Assembly: GCA_038146925.1 (NCBI GenBank)
Contig: JAYQSP010000011.1
Coordinates: 170,888 to 234,887, forward strand
Length of the DNA: 64,000 nt
Direction: 5' to 3'
Origin: Alphaproteobacteria bacterium
GTDB lineage: Bacteria; Pseudomonadota; Alphaproteobacteria; MPNO01; UBA830
Both the position numbers and the translations under genes were made by a program. Shown here piece by piece: positions 20,945 through 30,479 of this stretch. Each line of letters starts with the position of its first letter. Positions within the stretch are counted from its first letter, which is position 1. Below the pieces are notes generated by a model. The model was not told where the DNA came from and did no database searches. It saw only the letters and a program-made list of their open reading frames with translations.

Positions 20945-22392
20945 CAGCCGCGCCAGAACCAGGGGGCGAACAGCACCAGGACGGTAAACAGTTCCAGCCG
21001 GCCCAGCAGCATGCCGGCGGACAGTACCCATTTGGCGCTGTCGGGCAGGGCGGAGTAATTGCCCGTCGGGCCGATGATATCGCCGAGCGCCGGGCCGACG
21101 TTGCAGATCGCCGAGGCGGCGCCGGAGATCGCGGTCAGGAAGTCGAGCCCGATGAAATGCAGCAACCCGGCGATAACGGCGAATGTCAGCATGAACAGGA
21201 AGAAAAAGCTCATGACCGAGTTTTCGACTTCGTCTGTAATCGGCCGGCCGTTGAAGGTGCCGATGAATACGCCGTGCGGGCGGATCAGGTGTTTCATCTG
21301 AACCTTCGCCGTCTGATAGAGAATCTGATAGCGGAAGATCTTGATCGAACAGGTCGTCGAACCGGCGCACCCGCCGATGAACATGATGAAAAAGAACACG
21401 CCGGTCGCGAACGATCCCCACCCCGCGTAGTTCGCCGAAGCATATCCGGTACCCGTCATGATCGAGGTGACGTTGAAGGAGGCCTCGCGGAGCGCGCGCC
21501 CGATATTGATGTCGTTGTTGAGGTGGTGTGCGAACGTCACCGACAGGATGAAGAACGCGATGATGAAGAAGAACCACCGCACCTGATTGTCGCGCCACAA
21601 CAGCAACGGTTTGCCGCGCAGCGCCTGCAGATAGAGCACGAACGGCAGTGCGCCCAGAAACATGAAACAGGTGATGATGACTTCGGCGCCCGGATTCAGG
21701 AACGCGCCGATGGACCCGTCGCGGGTGGAGAACCCGCCGGTCGCGATCGTGGTCATCGCATGCGCAATGGCATCGAACCCCTTCAGCCCGGATAACCACA
21801 GCAGGGCGGCGCACAGTGCGGTCAGGGCCAGATAAACGAAGCCGACCCCGCTCGCGATCTGGGCGACGCGCGGCAGCACTTTTTCCGAACTGTCGGAAGA
21901 TTCCGTCTGGAACAGCTGGTTTCCGCCGATTTTCAGCATGGGCAGGATGGCGATCGACATGACGATGATGCCGATGCCGCCGAGCCATTGGAGGATCGCC
22001 CGCCACAGCAGGATGCCGCTTGGCGCCGAGTCCAGGCTGGTGATGACGGTTGATCCGGTGGTCGTCAGGCCCGACATGGCCTCGAAAAACGCGTCTGTGA
22101 AATCGAGCTCGAGATCTGCGAAAGCGAAAGGCAGGGCGGCGAAGAACGTCATCGCCAGCCAGCTGCTCGTCGTCAGGACGAATGCCTGGCGCACCGACAG
22201 CCGGGACGGCGGCGCCATCGTCGTAAGCAGCAAGGTGATTCCGATAAAGGCGGTCAAAGCGGCGGCGGCGGCGAACACCTGCCAGTCCGGGTGGCCGACA
22301 ACCAGATCGGCGACGAGCGGCGCGCACATCGCCGCGGCAAGCGTCGTCAGCAGGATGCCGATAATGTAGAGAACGGGGCGGAAATCGAGCAC
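20944..22392 (-). CDS. trkH: Trk-system potassium uptake protein TrkH
   Basis: 482 aa, repeated pore-loop GxGxxxxG motifs (TGTGYAS etc.). Confidence 0.9.
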   Translation of the reverse strand: MLDFRPVLYIIGILLTTLAAAMCAPLVADLVVGHPDWQVFAAAAALTAFIGITLLLTTMAPPSRLSVRQAFVLTTSSWLAMTFFAALPFAFADLELDFTDAFFEAMSGLTTTGSTVITSLDSAPSGILLWRAILQWLGGIGIIVMSIAILPMLKIGGNQLFQTESSDSSEKVLPRVAQIASGVGFVYLALTALCAALLWLSGLKGFDAIAHAMTTIATGGFSTRDGSIGAFLNPGAEVIITCFMFLGALPFVLYLQALRGKPLLLWRDNQVRWFFFIIAFFILSVTFAHHLNNDINIGRALREASFNVTSIMTGTGYASANYAGWGSFATGVFFFIMFIGGCAGSTTCSIKIFRYQILYQTAKVQMKHLIRPHGVFIGTFNGRPITDEVENSVMSFFFLFMLTFAVIAGLLHFIGLDFLTAISGAASAICNVGPALGDIIGPTGNYSALPDSAKWVLSAGMLLGRLELFTVLVLFAPWFWRG

Positions 22393-22419
22393 GGCTCAGA
22401 TCCGGTACTGTGATGCCAG

Positions 22420-22812
22420 CTAGTTTACCTGTCGGGCTTCATGCGGCGAATCCAGCGAAAACGCGGGGATTTCAATGTCGAATTTTTCTCCGCCGGGAGT
22501 TTTCATCTGATAGGTGCCTTTCATGATTCCCGAAGGCGTCGGCAGCGGCGTGCCGCTTGTGTATTCGTAACGTTCGCCGGGATTCAGGACGGGCTGTTCG
22601 CCGACCACGCCGGCGCCGCGCACTTCCTGTACCCGTCCGAGCCCGTCCGTTATATGCCAGTACCGCGTCAGCAACTGCACCGTCTCCGCGCCTTCGTTTT
22701 CGATCTGGACGCGATAGGCCCAGACGAACTGCCCGTCTTCCGGCTCTGACTGGTCCTCGAGATAGATCGGCTCGACATCGACGCGAATCTCTCGGGTAAC
22801 GGCTGAATACAT
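22420..22812 (-). CDS. apaG: ApaG (DUF525) protein
   Basis: 130 aa, conserved ApaG fold sequence. Confidence 0.9.
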   Translation of the reverse strand: MYSAVTREIRVDVEPIYLEDQSEPEDGQFVWAYRVQIENEGAETVQLLTRYWHITDGLGRVQEVRGAGVVGEQPVLNPGERYEYTSGTPLPTPSGIMKGTYQMKTPGGEKFDIEIPAFSLDSPHEARQVN

Positions 22813-22897
22813 ATGTTGCAGTCCAGGTTGTGACGGGCGCCAGTCTAGTCGATTTTCCGGGTCGGCGAAATCGCGTCGGTCTGTCGGGTTTTGCGCC

Positions 22898-24094
22898 TCA
22901 TGCGGCGGCGAATGCCTGTTCCAGATCGTCGCGCACGTCCAGCGGGTCTTCGAGGCCGACCGACAGACGCACCATGCCGTCGTCCAGCCCCAGGCTCGCC
23001 CTGTCTTCCGGCGTCAGGCGCTGATGGGTCGTCGTGGCGGGATGCGTCAGCAGGCTTTTGGAATCGCCCAGATTGTTTGAGATATCGATCAGTTTCATCG
23101 CGTTCATGAACCGGAAGACCGCCTCCTTGCCGCCTGCGTGCGAAAACGTCACCACATTGCCGAAATCCGACATCTGGCGGGCCGCAAGATCGTGCTGTGG
23201 ATGACTCTTCAGTCCAGGATAGCGCACCTTGGCGAGATCGCCCCGCGTTTCAAGATAATCGGCGATGACGCGCGCGTTCTCGCAATGCCGTTTGATGCGC
23301 AGATCCAGCGTTTCCAGCCCTTTCAGCATCACCCAGGCATTGAACGGGCTGAGCGAAGGTCCGGTATGGCGCAGGAACGGCTTCAGCGTGTTTTCGCAGT
23401 AATCCTCGTCGCCAAGTACGATGCCGCCGAGGCACCGGCCCTGTCCGTCGATATGCTTGGTCGCCGAATAGACCACGATGTCGGCGCCAAGCTGCATCGG
23501 TTTCTGCAGCAAGGGCGTCGCGAACACGTTGTCGACGATGACCTTGGCCCCCGCCTTGTGGGCGAGGTCGGACACCGCCTGGATGTCGATGATGTCGAGG
23601 CCGGGGTTCGAAGGCGTTTCGACGAACACGCATTTGGTCGGACGTTTCAGCGCGTCTTCCCATTGGTTCAGATCGGTTCCGTCGACGATGGTGGTTTCGA
23701 CGCCGTATTTGGGCAGAATCTCGGTCAGGATATACAGGCACGATCCGAACAGCGCACGGCTGCCGACGACGTGATCGCCCGCTTCCACCATGCACGCCAT
23801 CGAAGCGAACACGGCCGCCATGCCGGTCGCCGTCGCCTTGCCCCTGTCGGCGCCTTCGATCAGCGCCATCCGGTCCTGGAACATGTCCACGGTCGGGTTC
23901 GAAAACCGCGAATAGATGAACCGGTCGACCCGGTCCTGGAAGGCGTCTTCCGCCTGTTCCGCATATTCGTAGACATAGCCGGACGTCGCGAAAATCGCTT
24001 CGCCGGTTTCGCCGAATTCGCTGCGGCGCGTACCGCCGCGTACCGCCAGCGTCTGTGCGCGCCAGCTGTCCTGAACGGGTTTGTTTACTGCCAT
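22898..24094 (-). CDS. metZ: O-succinylhomoserine sulfhydrylase (Cys/Met-metabolism PLP enzyme)
   Basis: 398 aa trans-sulfuration PLP fold; apaG-metZ synteny typical of Alphaproteobacteria. Confidence 0.85.
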   Translation of the reverse strand: MAVNKPVQDSWRAQTLAVRGGTRRSEFGETGEAIFATSGYVYEYAEQAEDAFQDRVDRFIYSRFSNPTVDMFQDRMALIEGADRGKATATGMAAVFASMACMVEAGDHVVGSRALFGSCLYILTEILPKYGVETTIVDGTDLNQWEDALKRPTKCVFVETPSNPGLDIIDIQAVSDLAHKAGAKVIVDNVFATPLLQKPMQLGADIVVYSATKHIDGQGRCLGGIVLGDEDYCENTLKPFLRHTGPSLSPFNAWVMLKGLETLDLRIKRHCENARVIADYLETRGDLAKVRYPGLKSHPQHDLAARQMSDFGNVVTFSHAGGKEAVFRFMNAMKLIDISNNLGDSKSLLTHPATTTHQRLTPEDRASLGLDDGMVRLSVGLEDPLDVRDDLEQAFAAA

Positions 24095-24120
24095 GTTCTG
24101 CTCCCGGGCACCGCCCCAAA

Positions 24121-24151
24121 TAAAAACCCCCGACCGAAGGGCCGGGGTTTT
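24121..24151 (-). terminator. GC-rich hairpin (CCCCGACC-GAAG-GGCCGGGG) flanked by A5 and T4 runs, 33 nt upstream of the metZ ATG: a ctaA intrinsic terminator and/or the expression platform of a metZ leader
   Basis: Read directly from the sequence; a GGGAG Shine-Dalgarno lies between the hairpin and the ATG. Confidence 0.6.
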
Positions 24152-24255
24152 CAGGAACCTCCCGACCTTTTAGCGATTCATTTTTACGTGGCCGCAAGCC
24201 GGTCGGCTCAAATCACCACGAACGGCGGGAGTGATACGCTCGTGTCGGAAAGGCG

Positions 24256-25272
24256 TCAAGCACCTGTTTGAGGGCGGGTTTCCCGCCAGCGCCAGATGGC
24301 GGCGGAGAACAGGACCATGGCGCCACCCTGATGCGCCCAGGCGATATACATCGATGCGCCGGACAGGATCGTCGCCACGCCAAGGCAGAACTGCAGGATG
24401 GCGAATACGGCAAGCAGCCGCAGCGCCGTCGACCCGGCGGTGCGGTCTCGCCACCAGAACCAAAAGATCGCCGCAACCGTGACAATCGCCAGCACGCGAT
24501 GCAGCCACTGCACGAACCCGATGTTCTCGAACAGGTTCAGCCACACCGGCGACATCGTCAGCGCGCCCGGCGGAAACAGACTGCCGTCCATCAGCGGGAA
24601 CGTGTTGAAGACCGCCCCGCCGTCCAACCCGGACACGAAGGCGCCCCAGATCATGGTCGCGAAGACCAGCGCGGGCAGCCATCCCGTGCCGCCGGCAGGA
24701 ACTGTCCGGCCAACTGGCCGGGAACGGAGGCTGGCTGCGATATAGAGCATCATCCCGTATATCGCGACGGCAAGACCCAGATGCGCCGCCAGCCGGTACT
24801 GGCTGACGGACGGCTCGTCCACCAGCCCTGATTTGACCATGTACCAGCCCAAGGCGCCTTGTGCGCCGCCGAGGACGAACAGAATTGCCAGCCTGCCGGT
24901 GAGGGCTGCGGGCAGACGATAACGGATGACGAACCAGAGAAACGGCAGGAAATAGACGACGCCCAGAATGCGGCCCAGAAGACGGTGCAGGTATTCCAGC
25001 CAGAAAATGCGTTTGAAATCTTCCAGCCCCATCCAGAAATTGAGCTTTCGGAATTCCGGGGACTCGCGATAGGCATCGAACATCGCCGCCCAGGCGGTAT
25101 CCGACAACGGCGGCAGCCAGCCGGTCACTGGCCGCCAGTGGACAATGGACAGACCGGATTCCGTCAACCGCGTGATCCCGCCCAGCAACACCATCGCGAA
25201 GACGAGGCCGCAGCAGATATAGAGCCACGTACGGATCGATCGGTAGGGCGGGTCGGCGCGAAAGCTTGCCAT
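24256..25272 (-). CDS. ctaA: heme A synthase (CtaA/COX15)
   Basis: 338 aa polytopic membrane protein with conserved His pairs. Confidence 0.85.
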   Translation of the reverse strand: MASFRADPPYRSIRTWLYICCGLVFAMVLLGGITRLTESGLSIVHWRPVTGWLPPLSDTAWAAMFDAYRESPEFRKLNFWMGLEDFKRIFWLEYLHRLLGRILGVVYFLPFLWFVIRYRLPAALTGRLAILFVLGGAQGALGWYMVKSGLVDEPSVSQYRLAAHLGLAVAIYGMMLYIAASLRSRPVGRTVPAGGTGWLPALVFATMIWGAFVSGLDGGAVFNTFPLMDGSLFPPGALTMSPVWLNLFENIGFVQWLHRVLAIVTVAAIFWFWWRDRTAGSTALRLLAVFAILQFCLGVATILSGASMYIAWAHQGGAMVLFSAAIWRWRETRPQTGA

Positions 25273-25542
25273 CGGGAGGGAGCCGTTGAATCGTTGCGTA
25301 CACTCTAACTAATGGGGGCGGACGTATCTGGCAACGGGATGCGGCGCTTTGTCCGGGAATGGAGTAGTCGACGTTGGAGTATCCCCCACGGCGCGGGGAT
25401 ATCCCTGACTGCTTACGCTTACTGTCACCCTCGGGCTCCGACCCGAGGGCCCACAACAACGGCTAACATGGATCCTCGGCTTAAAGCCGGGGATGACAAT
25501 GGCGGTTGTTGAGGCGGGTGTTTTCGCGCCGTCGATGCGCCG

Positions 25543-25806
25543 TCAGTGCAGCGCCAGAGAATGATCGACGTGGCGCGCCTGCGGCGGTCTCAGAATCTCG
25601 ACATTGGCCACTTTGACCTGATACAGCGGTCCTTCGATTTCCCGTTCCCAGAACCCGAGGAATTTGTGAAGCTCCGGGAATTTGGGAGCCAGATCGAGGG
25701 ACTGCCATACATAGGTCTGCAGAATGTCGAGGTGATCGGGCAGGCGATAGACAATTTCGGCGGTGGTAAGGCGATAACCACTCAACTGACGCTCGATATC
25801 GGTCAT
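25543..25806 (-). CDS. small conserved alphaproteobacterial protein (Usg-like family?)
   Basis: 87 aa; recalled similarity to Usg-family proteins, not verified. Confidence 0.4.
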   Translation of the reverse strand: MTDIERQLSGYRLTTAEIVYRLPDHLDILQTYVWQSLDLAPKFPELHKFLGFWEREIEGPLYQVKVANVEILRPPQARHVDHSLALH

Positions 25807-25855
25807 AGGGCGTGATCTCCGATGTTATCCACCCGGAAATTCTGCCGAATCTATG

Positions 25856-25872
25856 GTTAATGCACAATTAAA
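25856..25872 (-). promoter_or_regulatory. TTAA-N7-TTAAC (CtrA-box consensus) about 50 nt upstream of the Usg-like gene, read on the gene strand
   Basis: Exact consensus match seen in an AT-rich promoter region. Confidence 0.3.
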
Positions 25873-25935
25873 ATATAACTAAATCAACGCATTAGCACCG
25901 ATCGATCGAGAGTGCTGCTAAATTCGCCGTCGCCG

Positions 25936-26346
25936 TTAGATACGTGCGTGCCGTGCCCGCGCCCCGCGCTGGATCGCTGCCGCCGCCAGCGGATCGATTT
26001 CCAGGTCGTAGGAGAGGACCTCGAGAAACTGCAATTCTTCCTGACTGGCATGACCGTCAGCCGCCACGATTTCGCAGGCGAAGGCGTAGGCCGTTTCCCG
26101 CAGACGCGCTGGCAGGGCGGCCTTGATCTGGTCGATGGCGGCATCGACGCCCCCGTCGCTGGCCAGTAAATCGGCGCAGGCTTCCGCGTCGGTGGTCAGG
26201 TTGTCGGGCTCGTAGTCTTCGAACACCGGCATGCGATCGATCAACTGACCGATCCGCAGAAGTTCGCTGTCGGTCATTTCCGCGTCGATGGCGGAGGCCA
26301 TGACCATGGTATGCACCAGAGCGCTGTGGGGCGTAAGGCTGCTCAT
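25936..26346 (-). CDS. TerB-like (tellurite-resistance TerB family) domain protein; start at MSSLTP after a GAGGAGAAG ribosome-binding site
   Basis: 136 aa acidic helical protein with TerB-family character. Confidence 0.55.
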   Translation of the reverse strand: MSSLTPHSALVHTMVMASAIDAEMTDSELLRIGQLIDRMPVFEDYEPDNLTTDAEACADLLASDGGVDAAIDQIKAALPARLRETAYAFACEIVAADGHASQEELQFLEVLSYDLEIDPLAAAAIQRGARARHARI

Positions 26347-26400
26347 TTTTTCTTCTCCTCGGTTGAATGGCAGGCAATGCGCCACCGTCCCGCCGTCAAG

Positions 26401-29172
26401 TTATTCCGGTCGCGACAGGAAATCCCGCGTGACGGCGACGGCATCCGCCAGACCCACCCTCTCGATCTCCACGCCGTCCGGAAAGGCGCCGGCCAGACGC
26501 GACGGCATCATCGGGTCCAGCATCACGAACACGCCGTAATCCGTGGCGCGGCGCACCAGCCGTCCATACGCCTGTTTCAGCCGCAGGCGGGTAATCAGGT
26601 CGTCGTACTTGGAACGGGTAAACGCCTTGCGTCTTGCGCGGTGCAGGATCGACGGTCGCGGCCAGGGGACCCGGTCGAACACGATCAGGCGCAGGCTGCG
26701 CCCCGGAACGTCGACCCCGTCACGTACCGCATCCGTGCCGAGCAGGCAGGACCGTTCCTCGGCGCGGAAGATTTCCACGAGGCTGCCGGTGTCCATCCGG
26801 TCGACGTGCTGCGCGAGGAGCGGATAGCCCGCATCTTCCATCATTGGTGCAATATTCTCGTGGACGGCGCGCAGCCGGGTGATGGCGGTAAACAGGCCCA
26901 GCGCACCGCCGCCGGAGGTCAGAAACAGTTCCCGGTAGGCGGCGGCAACCTGGGTCAGATCGTCCTTGCGCACGTCGGTTACTACCAGCACGCGGGTCTG
27001 GGCCGGGTAATCGAACGGCGACGACACCTGGGCGCGATAGGGCGGTTCCTCCAGATGGATGGCGCCGGTGCGTTCCTCCGCCGACAGCCAGTCGATCTCC
27101 GCGTCGCCTGTCCCGTCGCGAAGCGTGGCGGAGGTGACGACGATGCCGTGAGACGGTTCCGCCACCGCTTTGGCGAAGGGCAGCATGGGGTCGATCCAGT
27201 GTCGGTGCATGCCGATATCGACATCGCGCCCCTGCGAGCGCGTGACGGAGAACCAATCGACGAATTCTTCCGGCGTGCCGTCGGAAAGGGCGTCGAGCAT
27301 CGACCGCCAGGCTTCGATCTCGCCTTCGGCGCGGCGGCGGAGGCCCCGGCTGACGCTTTCGATACGATTGCGCAGCGCTGTATCGAGATCGCCGGCGTTT
27401 TCATCCAGCACTACCATCAGCCGTTCGGACAGCGCGCGCAGCGGCTGGATCAGCCGGTTGAGCGATTCCCGCAGCGTGTCCGCCGCGTCCAGCAGGCCCG
27501 GCACCGGGCTGTCCGTTTCCGTTTCCAGGTCGTAGGGGGAACGTGCGTCCTTGGCGCGGGCGTATACCTGCTGGCGCAGTTCGGCGAGAAAACGTTCGGC
27601 GTCGCCGCGCGGAGTGCCGCCGGCAATCCGCTGGTTCCAGCCCGGCCCCGGCAGGATGTGCGCCGCATCGACGATGGCTTCGACGAATTCGCCGATCCGT
27701 TCGTCCAGCGCGGCGACGTCCTCGATACGCCGCTGCAGACCGCGGGCGCGTGTTTTTCGTCCTTCTTCCGGTCCCAGCAGCCAGCGCCGCAGCTCCGCGC
27801 CTTCCTGACCGCTGAGCTGGGCTGAAAACGCGCTATCCGCGGCGTCGAAAAGGTGGTGGCCCTCGTCGAACACCAGGCGGGTAGGTATCTGGCCGTCATC
27901 CATGCCGCCGGTCGCGGTCTGCGCCAGCACAAGGGCGTGATTGGCGACCACGATGTCGGCGCGTTTGGCGCGGCGCACGGTCTTTTCGACGAAACATTTG
28001 TGATAGTGAGCGCAGGCGGAATAGATGCATTCGCCGCGCCGGTCAGCCAGTCCGATGGTGTTCCGGGCGCCGGCAAGATCCACCAGCCAGGCGGGAAAAT
28101 CGCCGCCGCCGATATCGCCGTCGCGGGTTGCTGTCAGCCAGCGCGCCATCAGGCCGAGCCCGACCGCATCCTGCGGCCGGCCGCGCAGCCCGGTCACCGC
28201 GTCCTCGTAGTTCAGCAGGCAGAGATAGTTTTCGCGGCCCTTGCGGATGACCACCTTGCGATTCTTGGTCACGGGGTCGGGGTGAAGCCGGTTCAGCTCG
28301 TCGTCGATCTGGCGCTGCAGGTTGCGGGTGTAGGTGCTGATCCAGACGGTGCCGTCGTTGCGCTCCGCCCACAGGCTGGCGGGCGCAATATAGCCCAGCG
28401 TTTTGCCGACACCGGTTCCGGCCTCGGCCAGCACTGCATTGGGGGCGCCTTCTTCGTCGCGCGGCGCGAAGGCCTGGGAGACCGCGGATGCGTAATCGCC
28501 CTGCTGCGGGCGGTCCTCCGCGTCGTCGCCGACCAGGTCGGCGAGTCGGGCGCGCGCTTCGTCGGATGTTACGGGTATGTTTCCCGGTTGTCCTTCCGGC
28601 GCGAACTCCGACCACTCCGGCAGCCGCCGCCAGACTTCCAGCGCCCGGTTGGCGAGCCCGTCGAATGCGGGTGGCACTTCCGCCGCCAGGGCGCGCAGCA
28701 CCAGCGGCGTCCAGCTCCATTTTCCGGCCTCCATCATGCGGGCGGTTTCGGCGACGAGGTCGCGGTCGCGTCCGGGCTCCATCCGGATCAGATCGGTCAG
28801 CAAGACGCCGCTGGCCAGTTGCAGCAGCCGGGCCTCGTCTTCCAGCCCGTCGGGCGGGGGCAGCTCCAGGGCATCCGCAAGTCCCGACGGCGTCGGCCGG
28901 CAGAACCGGGCCGGCCGCACGAAGGCGTAGAGTTCCAGCAGGTCGAGGGCGGGGAACGGCGAGGTGTTCAACCGGCGGGCGGTCGCCGGCGCATGACACA
29001 CCATGGGGACCAGCCCGTCGGAAATTCGTCGCACGGCTGCCGGGTGTGCCAGCGCCTCGAACGTCCCGTCGGCGGCTGCGAGCAAGGCGCCCCGGTGCCC
29101 GGCCGCCAGCGCGGGCATGTCCAGCCGCCGCGCCGAGGCTGGTTCCGAATGGGACAGGGAAGCATCGACCAT
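26401..29172 (-). CDS. DinG/Rad3-family ATP-dependent DNA helicase with an Fe-S domain
   Basis: Walker A AGTGVGKT, DEGH box, a four-Cys Fe-S insert (C..C..C..C around CIYSACAHYHKC), 923 aa. Confidence 0.8.
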   Translation of the reverse strand: MVDASLSHSEPASARRLDMPALAAGHRGALLAAADGTFEALAHPAAVRRISDGLVPMVCHAPATARRLNTSPFPALDLLELYAFVRPARFCRPTPSGLADALELPPPDGLEDEARLLQLASGVLLTDLIRMEPGRDRDLVAETARMMEAGKWSWTPLVLRALAAEVPPAFDGLANRALEVWRRLPEWSEFAPEGQPGNIPVTSDEARARLADLVGDDAEDRPQQGDYASAVSQAFAPRDEEGAPNAVLAEAGTGVGKTLGYIAPASLWAERNDGTVWISTYTRNLQRQIDDELNRLHPDPVTKNRKVVIRKGRENYLCLLNYEDAVTGLRGRPQDAVGLGLMARWLTATRDGDIGGGDFPAWLVDLAGARNTIGLADRRGECIYSACAHYHKCFVEKTVRRAKRADIVVANHALVLAQTATGGMDDGQIPTRLVFDEGHHLFDAADSAFSAQLSGQEGAELRRWLLGPEEGRKTRARGLQRRIEDVAALDERIGEFVEAIVDAAHILPGPGWNQRIAGGTPRGDAERFLAELRQQVYARAKDARSPYDLETETDSPVPGLLDAADTLRESLNRLIQPLRALSERLMVVLDENAGDLDTALRNRIESVSRGLRRRAEGEIEAWRSMLDALSDGTPEEFVDWFSVTRSQGRDVDIGMHRHWIDPMLPFAKAVAEPSHGIVVTSATLRDGTGDAEIDWLSAEERTGAIHLEEPPYRAQVSSPFDYPAQTRVLVVTDVRKDDLTQVAAAYRELFLTSGGGALGLFTAITRLRAVHENIAPMMEDAGYPLLAQHVDRMDTGSLVEIFRAEERSCLLGTDAVRDGVDVPGRSLRLIVFDRVPWPRPSILHRARRKAFTRSKYDDLITRLRLKQAYGRLVRRATDYGVFVMLDPMMPSRLAGAFPDGVEIERVGLADAVAVTRDFLSRPE

Positions 29173-29313
29173 AAGCGGATTATAGCCGAATCCGGTTCCC
29201 GCGTGTTCGCCAGTCGGCAGAAATCCGATCTCTTGCCTCCACTCCCGGCTTGATTTACAACCGTGTTTTACATATGTGTAAAATTATTCGATTGTTCTAT
29301 CAAAGGTGCCATC

Positions 29314-30468
29314 ATGACCGATGAATATGCAGATATCAGGGAACAGGTGCAGAAGCTGTGCGCCCAGTATCCCGGGGAATACTGGCGCAAGCTCGACGCC
29401 GAGCGCGCCTATCCCACCGAATTCGTCCAGGCACTCACCGAAGCGGGTTACCTGTCCGTCCTGATCCCAGAGGAATTCGGCGGTTCCGGTCTCGGCATCA
29501 TGGCCGCCGCGGCGATCATGGAAGAGATTCAGAAATCCGGCTGCAATGGCGGCGCCTGCCATGCCCAGATGTACACCATGGGCACGGTGCTGCGGCACGG
29601 CTCCGACGAACAGAAACAGAAATACCTGCCGGGCATCGCCTCGGGCGACCTGCGCATGCAGGCGTTCGGCGTGACCGAGCCGACCAGTGGCACCGATACG
29701 CTGAGTCTGCGGACCACGGCGACCAAAAACGACAATGGCGATTACGTCATCAACGGCCAGAAAATCTGGACGTCGCGTGTCGAACACTCCGACCTGATGC
29801 TGCTGCTGGCCCGTACCCAGGCCAAGGAGGAGGTCGAAAAACGTACCGACGGGCTGTCGGTCTTTATCGTCGATATGCGCGAAGCACTGGGCAACGGGCT
29901 GGAGATCAAGCCGATCCGGACCATGATCAACCATGCCACGACCGAAGTGTTCTTCGACGATCTGGTGATTCCGGCGGATTCGCTGGTCGGCGAGGAAGGC
30001 AAGGGGTTCCGCTACATCCTCGACGGCATGAACGCCGAACGCATCCTGATCGCCGCCGAATGCATCGGCGACGCCCGCTGGTTCATCCGGAAGGCGACCG
30101 ATTACGCAAACGACCGCCAGGTATTCGGCCGCGAGATCGGCAAGAACCAGGGCATTCAGTTTCCCATCGCCGAAGCCTACATGCAGACCGAGGCCGCCAA
30201 TCTGATGGTCGAGCACGCGGCGCGCGTGTACGAAGCCGGCGGCCGCGCCGGTGCGGAAGCAAACATGGCGAAGTACCTTGCGTCCGAGGCGTCGTGGAAA
30301 GCGGCCGACATGTGCATGCAGACCCATGGCGGTTTCGCGTTTGCCGAGGAATACGACGTCGAGCGCAAATTCCGCGAAACGCGGCTTTACCGCATCGCGC
30401 CGATTTCGAACAACCTCGTTCTGTCGTTCGTCGCCGAACATGTGCTCGGTCTGCCGAAAAGCTACTAA
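29314..30468 (+). CDS. acyl-CoA dehydrogenase
   Basis: 384 aa ACAD fold with a catalytic Glu near the C-terminus. Confidence 0.9.
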   Translation: MTDEYADIREQVQKLCAQYPGEYWRKLDAERAYPTEFVQALTEAGYLSVLIPEEFGGSGLGIMAAAAIMEEIQKSGCNGGACHAQMYTMGTVLRHGSDEQKQKYLPGIASGDLRMQAFGVTEPTSGTDTLSLRTTATKNDNGDYVINGQKIWTSRVEHSDLMLLLARTQAKEEVEKRTDGLSVFIVDMREALGNGLEIKPIRTMINHATTEVFFDDLVIPADSLVGEEGKGFRYILDGMNAERILIAAECIGDARWFIRKATDYANDRQVFGREIGKNQGIQFPIAEAYMQTEAANLMVEHAARVYEAGGRAGAEANMAKYLASEASWKAADMCMQTHGGFAFAEEYDVERKFRETRLYRIAPISNNLVLSFVAEHVLGLPKSY

Positions 30469-30479
30469 GGGAATACGAC

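Noticed and set aside
19790-22327. 845-aa ORF fusing argE with ~460 upstream codons
   Set aside because: Only the last 384 codons (from MPASVD) resemble M20 deacetylases. The upstream part is the antisense frame of trkH, whose own product is clearly TrkH.
25273-25542. Two-piece tmRNA or SRP RNA in the ctaA/Usg spacer
   Set aside because: No tRNA-like acceptor/T-arm consensus, no tag-peptide reading frame ending in ...AA-stop, and no SRP domain IV motif could be recognised.
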